Shown here piece by piece: positions 31,563 to 40,759 of a DNA stretch of 64,000 nucleotides. The DNA is from an uncultured Methanolobus sp. (lineage in GTDB: Archaea > Halobacteriota > Methanosarcinia > Methanosarcinales > Methanosarcinaceae). The stretch is from the NCBI GenBank assembly GCA_963675495.1, contig OY776215.1, positions 2,208,001 through 2,272,000 of the forward strand, written 5' to 3'. Both the position numbers and the translations under genes were made by a program. The notes under the pieces were generated by a model that saw only the letters and a list, made by a program, of their open reading frames with translations, made no database searches and was not told the DNA's origin. The first letter of the stretch is position 1, and every line of letters begins with the position of its first letter.

Positions 31563-32852
31563 TTAAATGAACATTCCTTCCGGTAGAACTTCTGTTTCAG
31601 TTTCTTTCTTTGTCATTACTTTCTGTACGGATTCAAGGAAATCATCCATTCCGATGGTCTCTTTATTGAAGCGAACAGCAAGCATACCTGCCTCCATGAC
31701 AATAGCATTGAGGTCTGCGCCGCTTGCATTCTCGGTAAGTTTGGCCAGTTTCTTAAAGTCAATTCCATCTGAAACTGACATAAAACGGGTGTGTATCTTA
31801 AATATATTCTCACGGGCTCCTTCATCCGGCATCGGTACATTGACGATCCTGTCAAACCTTCCAGGTCTGAGTATTGCAGGGTCAAGTACATCGATCCTGT
31901 TTGTAGCTGCCACTATCCTTACATCGCCCCTGTTGTCAAAACCATCCATTTCCGCAAGTAACTGCATAAGGGTTCTCTGGACTTCACGGTCTGCACCGTT
32001 GGTGTCGTTAAGGCGCCTTGAAGCTATTGCATCCAGCTCATCTATGAAGATGATACTTGGAGATTTTTTCCTTGCCATCTCAAAAAGTTCCCTGACAAGT
32101 TTTGCACCATCGCCGATATATTTCTGTATCAGCTCGGAACCTACTACTCTTATGTATGTAGCCTCGGTTCTGTGTGCAACGGCTTTAGCCAGCAAAGTCT
32201 TTCCTGTGCCTGGTTCTCCGTAAAGGAGAACACCTTTTGGAGGTGTGATACCTATGCGTGTGAAAGATTCCGGTTTGGTTAATGGCAATTCAACAGATTC
32301 TATCAGTTCCTGAATCTGTGCATCCAGTCCTCCGATATCTTCATAGTCAACATCCTGTGATTCCAATACCTCCATTGCTGAAACGGCAGGGTCTTCACTT
32401 GCAGGGATGACCTCCACGATAGCAAGTGTTTGCTGGTTCAACGCAACTTTTACACCAGGAACCAGTGAGTCCTCGTTCAGGTATTGTGATACGTTTACCA
32501 TGAATTGCGGCCCTGTGGAACTTCTTACAAGGACCTTTTCCTCACTTATAATGTCCATTATGGTTGCAACCACAAGAGGTACGGTCTTCAGGCGATCAAC
32601 CTCTGCCTGTAATCTGCGTACTTCACGTTCATATTTGAGTTTCTGACTCTCGACAAAACGTTTTTCAGATTCTACCTGGTCACATTGTTCTTTCAGGAGA
32701 TTATTCCTGGATTCTAGCTGTCTCATACGGTCAAGCAGATATTTGGAAAAATCTTCCTCATTATCTGAACCGACATAGTCATAGTCTGCCTTGTTCACAG
32801 AGGTAAAATCATACCTTCTGTGCTCAAAGTCACTGTCAGTAGTCTCGCTCAT
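31563..32852 (-). CDS. pan: Proteasome-activating nucleotidase
   Basis: Coiled coil, OB domain, [23 protein letters not shown]-terminal MFI. Confidence 0.95.
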   Translation of the reverse strand: MSETTDSDFEHRRYDFTSVNKADYDYVGSDNEEDFSKYLLDRMRQLESRNNLLKEQCDQVESEKRFVESQKLKYEREVRRLQAEVDRLKTVPLVVATIMDIISEEKVLVRSSTGPQFMVNVSQYLNEDSLVPGVKVALNQQTLAIVEVIPASEDPAVSAMEVLESQDVDYEDIGGLDAQIQELIESVELPLTKPESFTRIGITPPKGVLLYGEPGTGKTLLAKAVAHRTEATYIRVVGSELIQKYIGDGAKLVRELFEMARKKSPSIIFIDELDAIASRRLNDTNGADREVQRTLMQLLAEMDGFDNRGDVRIVAATNRIDVLDPAILRPGRFDRIVNVPMPDEGARENIFKIHTRFMSVSDGIDFKKLAKLTENASGADLNAIVMEAGMLAVRFNKETIGMDDFLESVQKVMTKKETETEVLPEGMFI

Positions 32853-32934
32853 GTGTCTCCGAATACTATTTAAGTGCAAACGGTATATAGCCCTTTCGTA
32901 AAGAAGAGCTTAGACCCTTTATGAGTTGAGATCT

Positions 32935-33423
32935 ATGCAGTGTGAAATATGTGGCGCTGAAATAAGAGGCGAGTCTTTTAAAGTTAGCATTGATGGAAGT
33001 GAACTAACCGTATGTGGAAAATGTTCACAATATGGAAAGTCAACTGGCAAACGTGCTCCTGTGTCGAGGAAAGTTGCACCCGTTAGTCGTAGTCCGATGA
33101 CCTCAGGAACCCGCAGACCTCCCAGAAAAGCTCCTGAAATGGTAGTCGATGAGCTTATTGACGACTATGGTCAGGCTATAAGGGAAGCCAGGGAACGTAA
33201 GAAATGGTCACATGATCAGTTGGCTTCAAAGATCAAGGAAAAAGCAATGTTGCTCAAGAAGATCGAGCGTGAGGAAATTACTCCAGAGGATGATGTTCTT
33301 CACAAGATCGAAAAAGCCCTTGATATAAGGCTTACAGAAAAAACAGGTGACAGTGATTGGAGTGGAGACCGCCTTAATCGTGGCACCACACTTGGCGATA
33401 TTGTGAAGATAAAACGTAAATAA
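32935..33423 (+). CDS. Archaeal multiprotein bridging factor aMBF1
   Basis: CEICG..CGKC Zn ribbon, HTH, TLGD terminus; divergent from pan. Confidence 0.92.
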   Translation: MQCEICGAEIRGESFKVSIDGSELTVCGKCSQYGKSTGKRAPVSRKVAPVSRSPMTSGTRRPPRKAPEMVVDELIDDYGQAIREARERKKWSHDQLASKIKEKAMLLKKIEREEITPEDDVLHKIEKALDIRLTEKTGDSDWSGDRLNRGTTLGDIVKIKRK

Positions 33424-33440
33424 GGACAATTAGTGATAAA

Positions 33441-34256
33441 ATGAGTCTTGACGGTAAAAATCTGGGATTTATAGGAACCGGGAAAATGGGCAGCGCATTA
33501 ATAAATGGGATATGCAATGCTGGGCTCTTTTCCCCTTCCAATGTATATGCAAGTGATCTTTATGAACCATCTCTTGATGCGTTGAAGCAAAATGCAGGTA
33601 TCAATGTATCCACTGACAATAAAGTTACAGTCGTCAACTCTGACGTAATTGTACTTGCAGTCAAGCCGCAGATACTCCGAAAAGTGATATCATCCATAAA
33701 AGATGATGTCACTGAAGACAAGTTGATTATCTCTATTGCTGCCGGTGTCAAGCTGGAAGAAATCGAAAAGGAATTCAATGAGGGTACTAGCGTTGTAAGG
33801 GTTATGCCAAACATAGCTGCAACAGTTGCAGAGGCTGCTTCTGCTATCACTCAGGGAAAGAACGCATCAAAAGAAGATGCAGAGGACGCACTTTCAATAT
33901 TCCGTTCAGTTGGGAGTGCAATTCAGGTCTCTGAGAACCTCATGGATGCCGTGACCGGTCTTTCTGGTAGTGGTCCTGCCTATATATTCCCGGTAATAGA
34001 AGCAATGGCAGATGGCGCTGTATACGAAGGACTGGACAGGGAAAGTGCACTTATCCTTGCAGCTCAGACAGTAATTGGCGCTGCAAAAATGGTACTTGAT
34101 ACTGGCATGCATCCTGGTGAGCTCAAAGACATGGTAACTTCGCCATCAGGAACCACTATTCGTGCTGTTCGTGTTCTGGAAGAAAGTGGTGTAAGGGCAG
34201 CTTTCATGAATGCAGTGATCGAGTCATCAAACCGTTCTAAAGAATTAGCCAAATAA
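33441..34256 (+). CDS. proC: Pyrroline-5-carboxylate reductase
   Basis: GFIGTGKMG, LAVKP, RVMPN, SGSGPAY, VTSPSGTT. Confidence 0.95.
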   Translation: MSLDGKNLGFIGTGKMGSALINGICNAGLFSPSNVYASDLYEPSLDALKQNAGINVSTDNKVTVVNSDVIVLAVKPQILRKVISSIKDDVTEDKLIISIAAGVKLEEIEKEFNEGTSVVRVMPNIAATVAEAASAITQGKNASKEDAEDALSIFRSVGSAIQVSENLMDAVTGLSGSGPAYIFPVIEAMADGAVYEGLDRESALILAAQTVIGAAKMVLDTGMHPGELKDMVTSPSGTTIRAVRVLEESGVRAAFMNAVIESSNRSKELAK

Positions 34257-34423
34257 TCCTTGCTCCTAAAACCATATTGCATATCTCCCAAAATAGAAAA
34301 GTTTATTATATTAAAAAGTTTTAACTATAATTGAGCTAGGGAATCCAGACATAGGTGCGGGAAGTTAAAAACGTAGTTCAAGAGATATGCATATGGAAAA
34401 ATTGTACAAGGGGATTTTGTGGG

Positions 34424-34798
34424 ATGGGGATTGATATTAAGTCTTTTGCTGTAATTCGAGGGGATAATGCTGACAAGGTCAATGTGGCATTACATGACCT
34501 TGAGCACTATGGAAGAATGAGGTTTGCATCAAAACCGAAAAGAATTGAGCCGCTTTACGCTGATAACCTTCTTGTTAGTGTTGCAGGTGTACCACTTAGG
34601 GCTAAATGTAATTCTGCAGCGTTGGTGGAACTCGACAACAATGCCGGTGCTGCCATTAGTAAATTAAGGAAGATACATCCGCCTGCTCATGTGGTAATAG
34701 TAAGTCCAAGACATGAGGTTTATGAAGAACTCATGGATAAGTCAGAACTATATCCGGAGTTCGAGCGGAATTTTGAACCTCAACACAATTTAGGATAA
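34424..34798 (+). CDS. DUF356 family protein
   Basis: IRGDNADKV..DLE, LRKIHPPAHVVIVS; start uncertain. Confidence 0.75.
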   Translation: MGIDIKSFAVIRGDNADKVNVALHDLEHYGRMRFASKPKRIEPLYADNLLVSVAGVPLRAKCNSAALVELDNNAGAAISKLRKIHPPAHVVIVSPRHEVYEELMDKSELYPEFERNFEPQHNLG

Positions 34799-34808
34799 TG
34801 AATTTATC

Positions 34809-35276
34809 TCAAAAAGAATCCGTAACGTCAGCAGAATTAGTTATTTCTTTTAGTTTTCTAACGTAGCTTGGAAGACTTTCAACATCTTTTATCTCTTTCT
34901 GGACCAGACCGATAATCAAATCTCTGATTCTCGTTTCTGGGTTTGAATCCAATGATTGGAGATTTTCTACAAGCTTTGAAGCCAGCATATTTCCTCTTCT
35001 GTCCCAGTCAGTAAGAATAACTATTCTTTGACCACTTCCTGCAAGTTCCTCGCAAAAGTTGATAAGGGAATGGTGGGTTGCAAGACGGAAATCTCCTGTT
35101 AGGCCCAAGGTCTTAAGGGCAATAATGTCTCTTTTCCCTTCAACCACAATTATTGAATCTTGCATAGCAAGTTCCTGTAATTCATCCAGTAGTTCTTCGA
35201 TCAGTTCCAGTCTTTTCTGATAAACAGCAAAAGGTGCTTTTAATGGTCGTTTTGAATATGAGTCTCTTCTTTGCAT
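34809..35276 (-). CDS. Small TOPRIM-domain protein
   Basis: IVVEGKRD and LTDWDRRG TOPRIM motifs. Confidence 0.88.
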   Translation of the reverse strand: MQRRDSYSKRPLKAPFAVYQKRLELIEELLDELQELAMQDSIIVVEGKRDIIALKTLGLTGDFRLATHHSLINFCEELAGSGQRIVILTDWDRRGNMLASKLVENLQSLDSNPETRIRDLIIGLVQKEIKDVESLPSYVRKLKEITNSADVTDSF

Positions 35277-35391
35277 GAGAACATCCGTTGCTATCCTTTT
35301 AAAATACTGGTTTAAGAATTACTTCTCATCAGATTAAAGACTGACCTTTAAATCTGGGGGTAACATATTTTTAAAAAGTGCAGACGAAAAA

Positions 35392-35490
35392 TCGTTATTT
35401 ATAAGTAAATGCCCTGCCGTAATGAAAAGCAAACTTTCGGGATCGGAGGATCTTTAACGGCAAGGGGATAATATTCACTTATAATAACGA
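35392..35490. repeat. Long imperfect inverted repeat overlapping the 3' end of the 26-aa ORF
   Basis: tcgttatttataagt..ccctgccgt (35392-35420) pairs with acggcaaggg..acttataataacga (35457-35490). Confidence 0.8.
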
Positions 35491-35555
35491 ACGAATTCTT
35501 CAAATTGTTCATAGTGGCTGGCTCTTTCTACCAGGTTTTCGAAATATTCATCCAT
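35475..35555 (-). CDS. 26-aa small protein MDEYFENLVERASHYEQFEEFVRYYK
   Basis: Below ORF-track cutoff; ATG at 35555 preceded by GAGGTGA RBS and TTAATATA box. Confidence 0.65.
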   Translation of the reverse strand: MDEYFENLVERASHYEQFEEFVRYYK

Positions 35556-35652
35556 GTATTTCACCTCAGGTACTAGATTGTCATATGCATATATTAAGCA
35601 AAGGCAAGCAGGGTGAAAGTATTGGAATAATCATCTAAGCGGATAATTTATA

Positions 35653-35973
35653 CTAATGCTGCGGCAGTTTGCTTTCAAGGGTCTTAACGGCAGTGCTATA
35701 TTCAACATTCTCTAAAAGAAGAGATTTTTTAGAATTGTGTATTCCATTCACAATGGAAATATCAGCTGACCTTAGTTGGAAAAGACCAGCGAGGCTGGCT
35801 ATAAGCTGTTCATTGGCCTTGCCTTTCTGGGCATTCTGTGACAAACGCACTTCTATGCGTTTTCTCCATAGATTATAGCCGCTTGGAACACAAAGCTTCT
35901 TTGATCCCGGAGTGACCTCAATATCAATAATTACTCCAGAATCAACTTTTTTCAATGCATCCTCAAAAGACAT
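35653..35973 (-). CDS. DUF167/YggU family protein
   Basis: IEVTPGS, AQKGKAN, G..SKKK motifs. Confidence 0.85.
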   Translation of the reverse strand: MSFEDALKKVDSGVIIDIEVTPGSKKLCVPSGYNLWRKRIEVRLSQNAQKGKANEQLIASLAGLFQLRSADISIVNGIHNSKKSLLLENVEYSTAVKTLESKLPQH

Positions 35974-36011
35974 TTATTGCACCATCAAATAATCTATCAA
36001 TCCAAAACAGG

Positions 36012-36200
36012 TAATGTGGATAGGATAATGCTGTCGTCTGACGCACTAACTCCGGGATATCATCCTATGGATTTTCCGCTGTCCATCCCAGTTTCCCTCG
36101 TGACAGGCTTTATCGCACTATCCAGTGTAGCGTATTGAGGTTGTCTGTACAATCACCGATAGGCTCTGCCATAATCTCATGCAAGGACCTAACAATACGC
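36012..36200 (-). ncRNA. Putative box H/ACA-type guide sRNA (two hairpins, K-turns, ACA boxes)
   Basis: GC-enriched intergenic; TTTATA box at 36230-36225; hairpins gcgtattg/caatacgc and ggatag/ctatcc each followed by ACA; canonical K-turn UGA..GGUGAU. Confidence 0.7.
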
Positions 36201-36257
36201 ACTTCCAATACAACGCGTGACGCATATAAAGATGGCGTCTTGAATATCTACACATAC

Positions 36258-37574
36258 TTAGCAACGTTTATACTCTCGACACTTTTCCACAAAACTCTTC
36301 ACCGGGAAAGAAGCCGGATGCGCATGCATATAGCTTGCAAGTGCATTATGTTCAGTAAGTCCGTCCTTACCATCAACTATTCCTTTTCCTCTCTTCATTT
36401 CGTATGCAAGTTTTGCATCATTGTCGCAGTATGTCGCAGAATAATGGAATTCATGCCCTCTAATTGTTCCCTTGATAAAGTCTCCATTGGCGTGTCCCTC
36501 TGTATAGCCTAGGGCCTGAAGTTTCTTTGTCAGCACAGTCTGCGCAGGGAGTACGTCTGCCATTTTGTGGACTGTTCCTTCTATTTCATATGATGTGGAA
36601 AGATACTGCAACCCACCACATTCTCCATAGATGGGTATCCCCTTTGCAGAGAGGTCTTTAAGGGATTTTGTGGTCTTTGATTTTTCAAGCTCTGAGATAT
36701 AGAGTTCAGGATAGCCACCTCCAAAATACAATCCGTCAACTTCGGGAAGTTCGTTCTTCAAAGGACTGAAGAAAACTGGCTCAGCACCTTCTCTTCTAAA
36801 AGCATCGAACATTTCCTGATAGTAGAAACAAAAAGCACTGTCATATGCAATACCAATTCTCACATCGGATTCTCTATCTGTCCCTCCTGGGTATTTGTCT
36901 GCATTAGAAGCTGTTTCTGAAAGTGATATTATAGCATCAAGATCGATATTTTCCTCGATGAAAGATGCAAGTGATTCGGTATCGAAGTCCTGTTCATGTG
37001 CCATATAAAGTCCAAGATGACGTGAAGGAACGGTCACATCCTTGTTACGTGGAAGGGTTCCTACAACAGGGATGTCAGGTATTGAATCAATTATCATCTG
37101 TGCATGTCTTGGGCTTCCAACCTTGTTCAGTATCACTCCGGCAATGTTCACATCCTTATCAAATTCTGAAAAACCCTTAACAATGGCTGCAGCACTTCTT
37201 GACATCCCGTGTACATTCACAATAAGTATGACTGGTATGTCTAGTGTTTTTGCAACGTGAGCGGAACTTGCGATCTCGGTTGCTCCCATTCCATCAAAAA
37301 GTCCCATTACTCCTTCAACAACGTTGATATCAGCATTTTCAGAGTGTTGTGAAAAAGTATTTTTCACTCCTTCTACCTGCATCATGAATGTATCCAAATT
37401 TCTTGAGGGCTTGCCGCAGATGGCTGTGTGATATGTAGGGTCGATGTAATCGGGTCCAACCTTGAAGGGCTGTACTTCCATTTCTCTTCTCTTCAGGGCT
37501 GCCATAATGCCCATGGATACCGTTGTTTTTCCAACACCACTGTTTGTTCCTGCGAGTAACACCGCTTTTGTCAT
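36258..37574 (-). CDS. cbiA: Cobyrinate a,c-diamide synthase
   Basis: SGVGKT, FKVGPDYIDP, EGVMGLFDG, GECGG, GHEFHYS; CfbB paralog not fully excluded. Confidence 0.82.
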   Translation of the reverse strand: MTKAVLLAGTNSGVGKTTVSMGIMAALKRREMEVQPFKVGPDYIDPTYHTAICGKPSRNLDTFMMQVEGVKNTFSQHSENADINVVEGVMGLFDGMGATEIASSAHVAKTLDIPVILIVNVHGMSRSAAAIVKGFSEFDKDVNIAGVILNKVGSPRHAQMIIDSIPDIPVVGTLPRNKDVTVPSRHLGLYMAHEQDFDTESLASFIEENIDLDAIISLSETASNADKYPGGTDRESDVRIGIAYDSAFCFYYQEMFDAFRREGAEPVFFSPLKNELPEVDGLYFGGGYPELYISELEKSKTTKSLKDLSAKGIPIYGECGGLQYLSTSYEIEGTVHKMADVLPAQTVLTKKLQALGYTEGHANGDFIKGTIRGHEFHYSATYCDNDAKLAYEMKRGKGIVDGKDGLTEHNALASYMHAHPASFPVKSFVEKCREYKRC

Positions 37575-37663
37575 GGAGTTAATTGTGTACAGTTTCTATA
37601 TATGTGTTATTCTTCTGGGTGTTTATTCAATATGTTTAAATAAATAACGTCTATCTAAGTACT

Positions 37664-38590
37664 ATGTCTCCCGCAGGAAAAGGGGAAGTTCTCACAGACT
37701 CTTACGGTCGTACGGTCAGGAGTCTGAGGATGTCCATAACCGATCGTTGTAATCTTAATTGCATCTACTGCCATAACGAAGGTCATGTTGGCCACAGTCC
37801 TGAGATGTCCGTAGATACTATCGTCAACATTGTAGAGGTCGGTTCGCAATTCGGGATAGACCGGTTGAAACTATCGGGGGGAGAGCCTCTTATAAGGAAA
37901 GATCTTGAAGAAGCACTTGTCCGTCTTCCGGATATGAAAGATGTATCTCTTACCACCAATGCCACCATGCTTCGGGACAGGGCATCATCTCTTAAAGATG
38001 CAGGTCTTGACAGAGTGAACATAAGCCTTGATTCCCTTGATCCTGAAAAATATCGAAAGATAACCAATTGTGTCAAATGTACATTTGATAAAGTCCTTGA
38101 TGGCATCCATGAAGCAGTTGATGCAGGACTTACTCCTGTTAAACTGAATATGGTCCTTTTGAAAGATTTCAATGACAATGAGATCAAAGATATGCTGGAC
38201 TTCACCCGTGGTTATAATGGTGATGTGATACTGCAGCTCATCGAACTTATGGATTTCGGGGGTCTTCCTCAATACAAGATAGATGCCAATGAGGTGGAAA
38301 GGTCTTTACTTTCTGCTTCCTCGGATGTTCAGGTTCGTGAGTTACACAAGAGGAAAAAATATATCATTAATGGTGCAGAAGTTGAGTTTGTCAGACCAGT
38401 GGATAATACGGAATTTTGTGCAAACTGCAACAGGCTGAGGGTCTCTGCAGATGGGAAGCTCAAACCATGCCTGCTGGTAAACGACAATCTGGTAGATGTC
38501 TCAAATGCCAGCAAAGATGAATTACCTGATCTTTTCAGGCTGGCAGTAAGCAGAAGAGTGCCTTTTTGCAGGAACTTACAGGAGTTTTAA
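37664..38590 (+). CDS. moaA: GTP 3',8-cyclase MoaA
   Basis: CNLNCIYC, GGEPL, FCANCNRLR..KPCL. Confidence 0.94.
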   Translation: MSPAGKGEVLTDSYGRTVRSLRMSITDRCNLNCIYCHNEGHVGHSPEMSVDTIVNIVEVGSQFGIDRLKLSGGEPLIRKDLEEALVRLPDMKDVSLTTNATMLRDRASSLKDAGLDRVNISLDSLDPEKYRKITNCVKCTFDKVLDGIHEAVDAGLTPVKLNMVLLKDFNDNEIKDMLDFTRGYNGDVILQLIELMDFGGLPQYKIDANEVERSLLSASSDVQVRELHKRKKYIINGAEVEFVRPVDNTEFCANCNRLRVSADGKLKPCLLVNDNLVDVSNASKDELPDLFRLAVSRRVPFCRNLQEF

Positions 38591-38592
38591 AA

Positions 38593-38742
38593 ATGGAAGT
38601 TGAATTAATAGTGGACGGAAAAAATATTGAGATAAATCACTTCGTCAAGGCCATACTGGGCAACACGGTACTTGGTGCCGCAGCAACCTTGCATGGTGTT
38701 GAAAAGGATAGCAAAGAGATCCTTATCAAAGTAAAGCAATAA
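38593..38742 (+). CDS. 49-aa small protein resembling the C-terminal domain of MobB
   Basis: Below ORF cutoff: MEVELIVDGKNIEINHFVKAILGNTVLGAAATLHGVEKDSKEILIKVKQ; AGGAG RBS; starts 3 nt after moaA stop; T-rich terminator follows. Confidence 0.75.
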   Translation: MEVELIVDGKNIEINHFVKAILGNTVLGAAATLHGVEKDSKEILIKVKQ

Positions 38743-38780
38743 TTTCAGTTTTTCTCTTTTTATTTGTTTTGAAACCTGCC

Positions 38781-39569
38781 TTACAGCAGGTGCTCAATTT
38801 CTGAAAAGTCTATTGGGGAAGTTGCATCAAGTGATATTGGTGTCACTGAGACGTTTCCATTCTGCATTATAGCACGGACATCAGTACCTTCTTCTTCGTC
38901 CGCGATCAATTCTCCTGCTATCCAGTAATATGGTCTTCCTCTGGGGTCATGCCGTTCTTCCACGTCGGTCTTGAAGAATTTCCTGGCAAGGCGTGTAATC
39001 TCTATCTCCGGGTCATTTTCAACAAGATGTGGTATATTGATATTGAGCAAATCCACTTTATCGGGGAGTCCATGCTCCAGGACTTTCTTTGCTATCTTGT
39101 TGACAACTTTTATGGCCACATCATAATCATGCTTGAATTCCCTGTTGTCGTCAAACTTGTCGCCTTCTTCCATAACCTGTATGGATGCAGCAATGGCTGG
39201 TATGTCATAACTCGCACCTTCCAATGCAGCACCTATCGTGCCTGATGTGGTTATTGTGTCTGTGCTAATGTTTTCTCCGATATTGAATCCAGAAAGAATG
39301 AGGTCAGGCATTTGTTTCATGACTGAGAATATTCCAAGTATGACTGAATCAGTGGGTGTACCGGCAACAGCATTGACCTCAATCCCATTAATTGTGGTCT
39401 TTGTTATCCGGAGCGGTTCAAAAATAGATATTGAGCGGCCAACGCCACTCTGCTGCATCATGGGGGCAGAGACTGTTACATCTCCCAGGTCAGCAACACT
39501 TTTATGGGCAGCATGTATGCCTGTAGAATAAACACCGTCATCATTTGTGACTAATATCTTTTTTGACAT
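38781..39569 (-). CDS. surE: 5'/3'-nucleotidase SurE
   Basis: VTNDDG, QSGVGRS, GTPTD, SGFNIGEN, SGTIGAA. Confidence 0.95.
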   Translation of the reverse strand: MSKKILVTNDDGVYSTGIHAAHKSVADLGDVTVSAPMMQQSGVGRSISIFEPLRITKTTINGIEVNAVAGTPTDSVILGIFSVMKQMPDLILSGFNIGENISTDTITTSGTIGAALEGASYDIPAIAASIQVMEEGDKFDDNREFKHDYDVAIKVVNKIAKKVLEHGLPDKVDLLNINIPHLVENDPEIEITRLARKFFKTDVEERHDPRGRPYYWIAGELIADEEEGTDVRAIMQNGNVSVTPISLDATSPIDFSEIEHLL

Positions 39570-39633
39570 GCTTACATCATTGTAAGTTCATGCCTTAAAA
39601 GTAATGGATAAAAAAATAGGTTTCAATGGTCAT

Positions 39634-40050
39634 TCAAACGTTTGCATACATCCTGTCTTTCCGGCGTGTGGATGCAGCAAAGTTTTCCTGTTCACCCATG
39701 TCTGCAAGTGCTTTGATATTTTCAAGTACTTCAATATTCGCACTCATTTCATCAAGATCGAGTATCATTTGAATTATATTCTTGTTCTGCTCACTGGTAA
39801 GGCATGGACTGTCCTTTACTATTTCAAGTAGTATGGATGCATCATCTATTACCTGTGCCAGTATGGTCCTGTCCATATATTCTTTTGCAAGCTCAGAATC
39901 GCTGCTTTTAAGGGTTTCATTGAACTCATTTAGCTGTTCTTCGAATAATCCAACATCATAATGTGAACTTCTAAAGATTTTCTTAATGTAATCCTCTCTG
40001 TACACATGTTTTGAATTTTTAAGAACCTTCAAAAATTTCCTGTAGTCCAT
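39634..40050 (-). CDS. Hypothetical protein, likely all-helical
   Basis: GGGTGA RBS before ATG 40050; no motif recognised. Confidence 0.6.
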   Translation of the reverse strand: MDYRKFLKVLKNSKHVYREDYIKKIFRSSHYDVGLFEEQLNEFNETLKSSDSELAKEYMDRTILAQVIDDASILLEIVKDSPCLTSEQNKNIIQMILDLDEMSANIEVLENIKALADMGEQENFAASTRRKDRMYANV

Positions 40051-40146
40051 TGTTTTCACCCTATGGCTGCATGTAGGTACCTGTTACCTTATTTCTGTGC
40101 GTTTATCCTCTCAACAGGCCCTATGAGTCAGGTCAATTGTAAAATT

Positions 40147-40428
40147 TTACTGGCTGAGACTTGCTTCACTTTCAAGATTGTATTTAACTGTCTCGTTGAG
40201 GAATGCCTTATTCATAATGTATGCTTGAGCAAACTGTCCACCATTGACATCATATTCACTTTCTGCATCAATTCCAAAATCTTCTTCCATTTCATCGATT
40301 ATTGAATCGCAAAGATATACTTGCAGATCGCCTCTGGCATCCATGAATACGGATGGTCTGACGCCTGTGTTGCTATACTCCTCTACAATCCCTCTGAATA
40401 CTAATGACATATAACGCATTGATTCCAT
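40147..40428 (-). CDS. Hypothetical acidic protein
   Basis: 93 aa, GGTGA RBS, Asp/Glu-rich; no motif recognised. Confidence 0.6.
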   Translation of the reverse strand: MESMRYMSLVFRGIVEEYSNTGVRPSVFMDARGDLQVYLCDSIIDEMEEDFGIDAESEYDVNGGQFAQAYIMNKAFLNETVKYNLESEASLSQ

Positions 40429-40759
40429 CGATCATCACCAATACACTCCTTCTTGTGACCATACACTTAAATGTAATGTTCTATTAATTCAATAAATGTA
40501 CGTGAATTGCTATTTTATGTTCATAAAGTGTTCTGAAATAATTATTTTTTTGAGTAAAACAATATCATGTGGCATGTTGGTCTATGTATATTTATATGGG
40601 TGCATATATACTACAGACAATAATTTATTTTTTGAATGTTATTCCTTTGATAAGAAATGTTTTTAATCATTGGGGCGATACTTGGAAGAATAAATTAGAC
40701 TTAAAATGAATTAGATTAAAAACGAATTATACTTAAACAATCATCCAGTTGGAATATTT

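Noticed and set aside
31567-32223. Long antisense ORFs (also 23870-24799, 2980-3606, 27094-27651, 42263-42913, 55764-56390)
   Set aside because: They lie opposite well-supported genes, are Ser/Ile-rich shadows of the sense codon usage and show no motifs
36012-36200. Alternative identities for the structured RNA (cobalamin riboswitch, SRP RNA, RNase P RNA)
   Set aside because: It lies downstream of cbiA and lacks the B12 box, SRP helix 8 and RNase P conserved motifs
36135-36512. 125-aa plus-strand ORF
   Set aside because: Overlaps cbiA antisense and the structured sRNA; no motif or RBS
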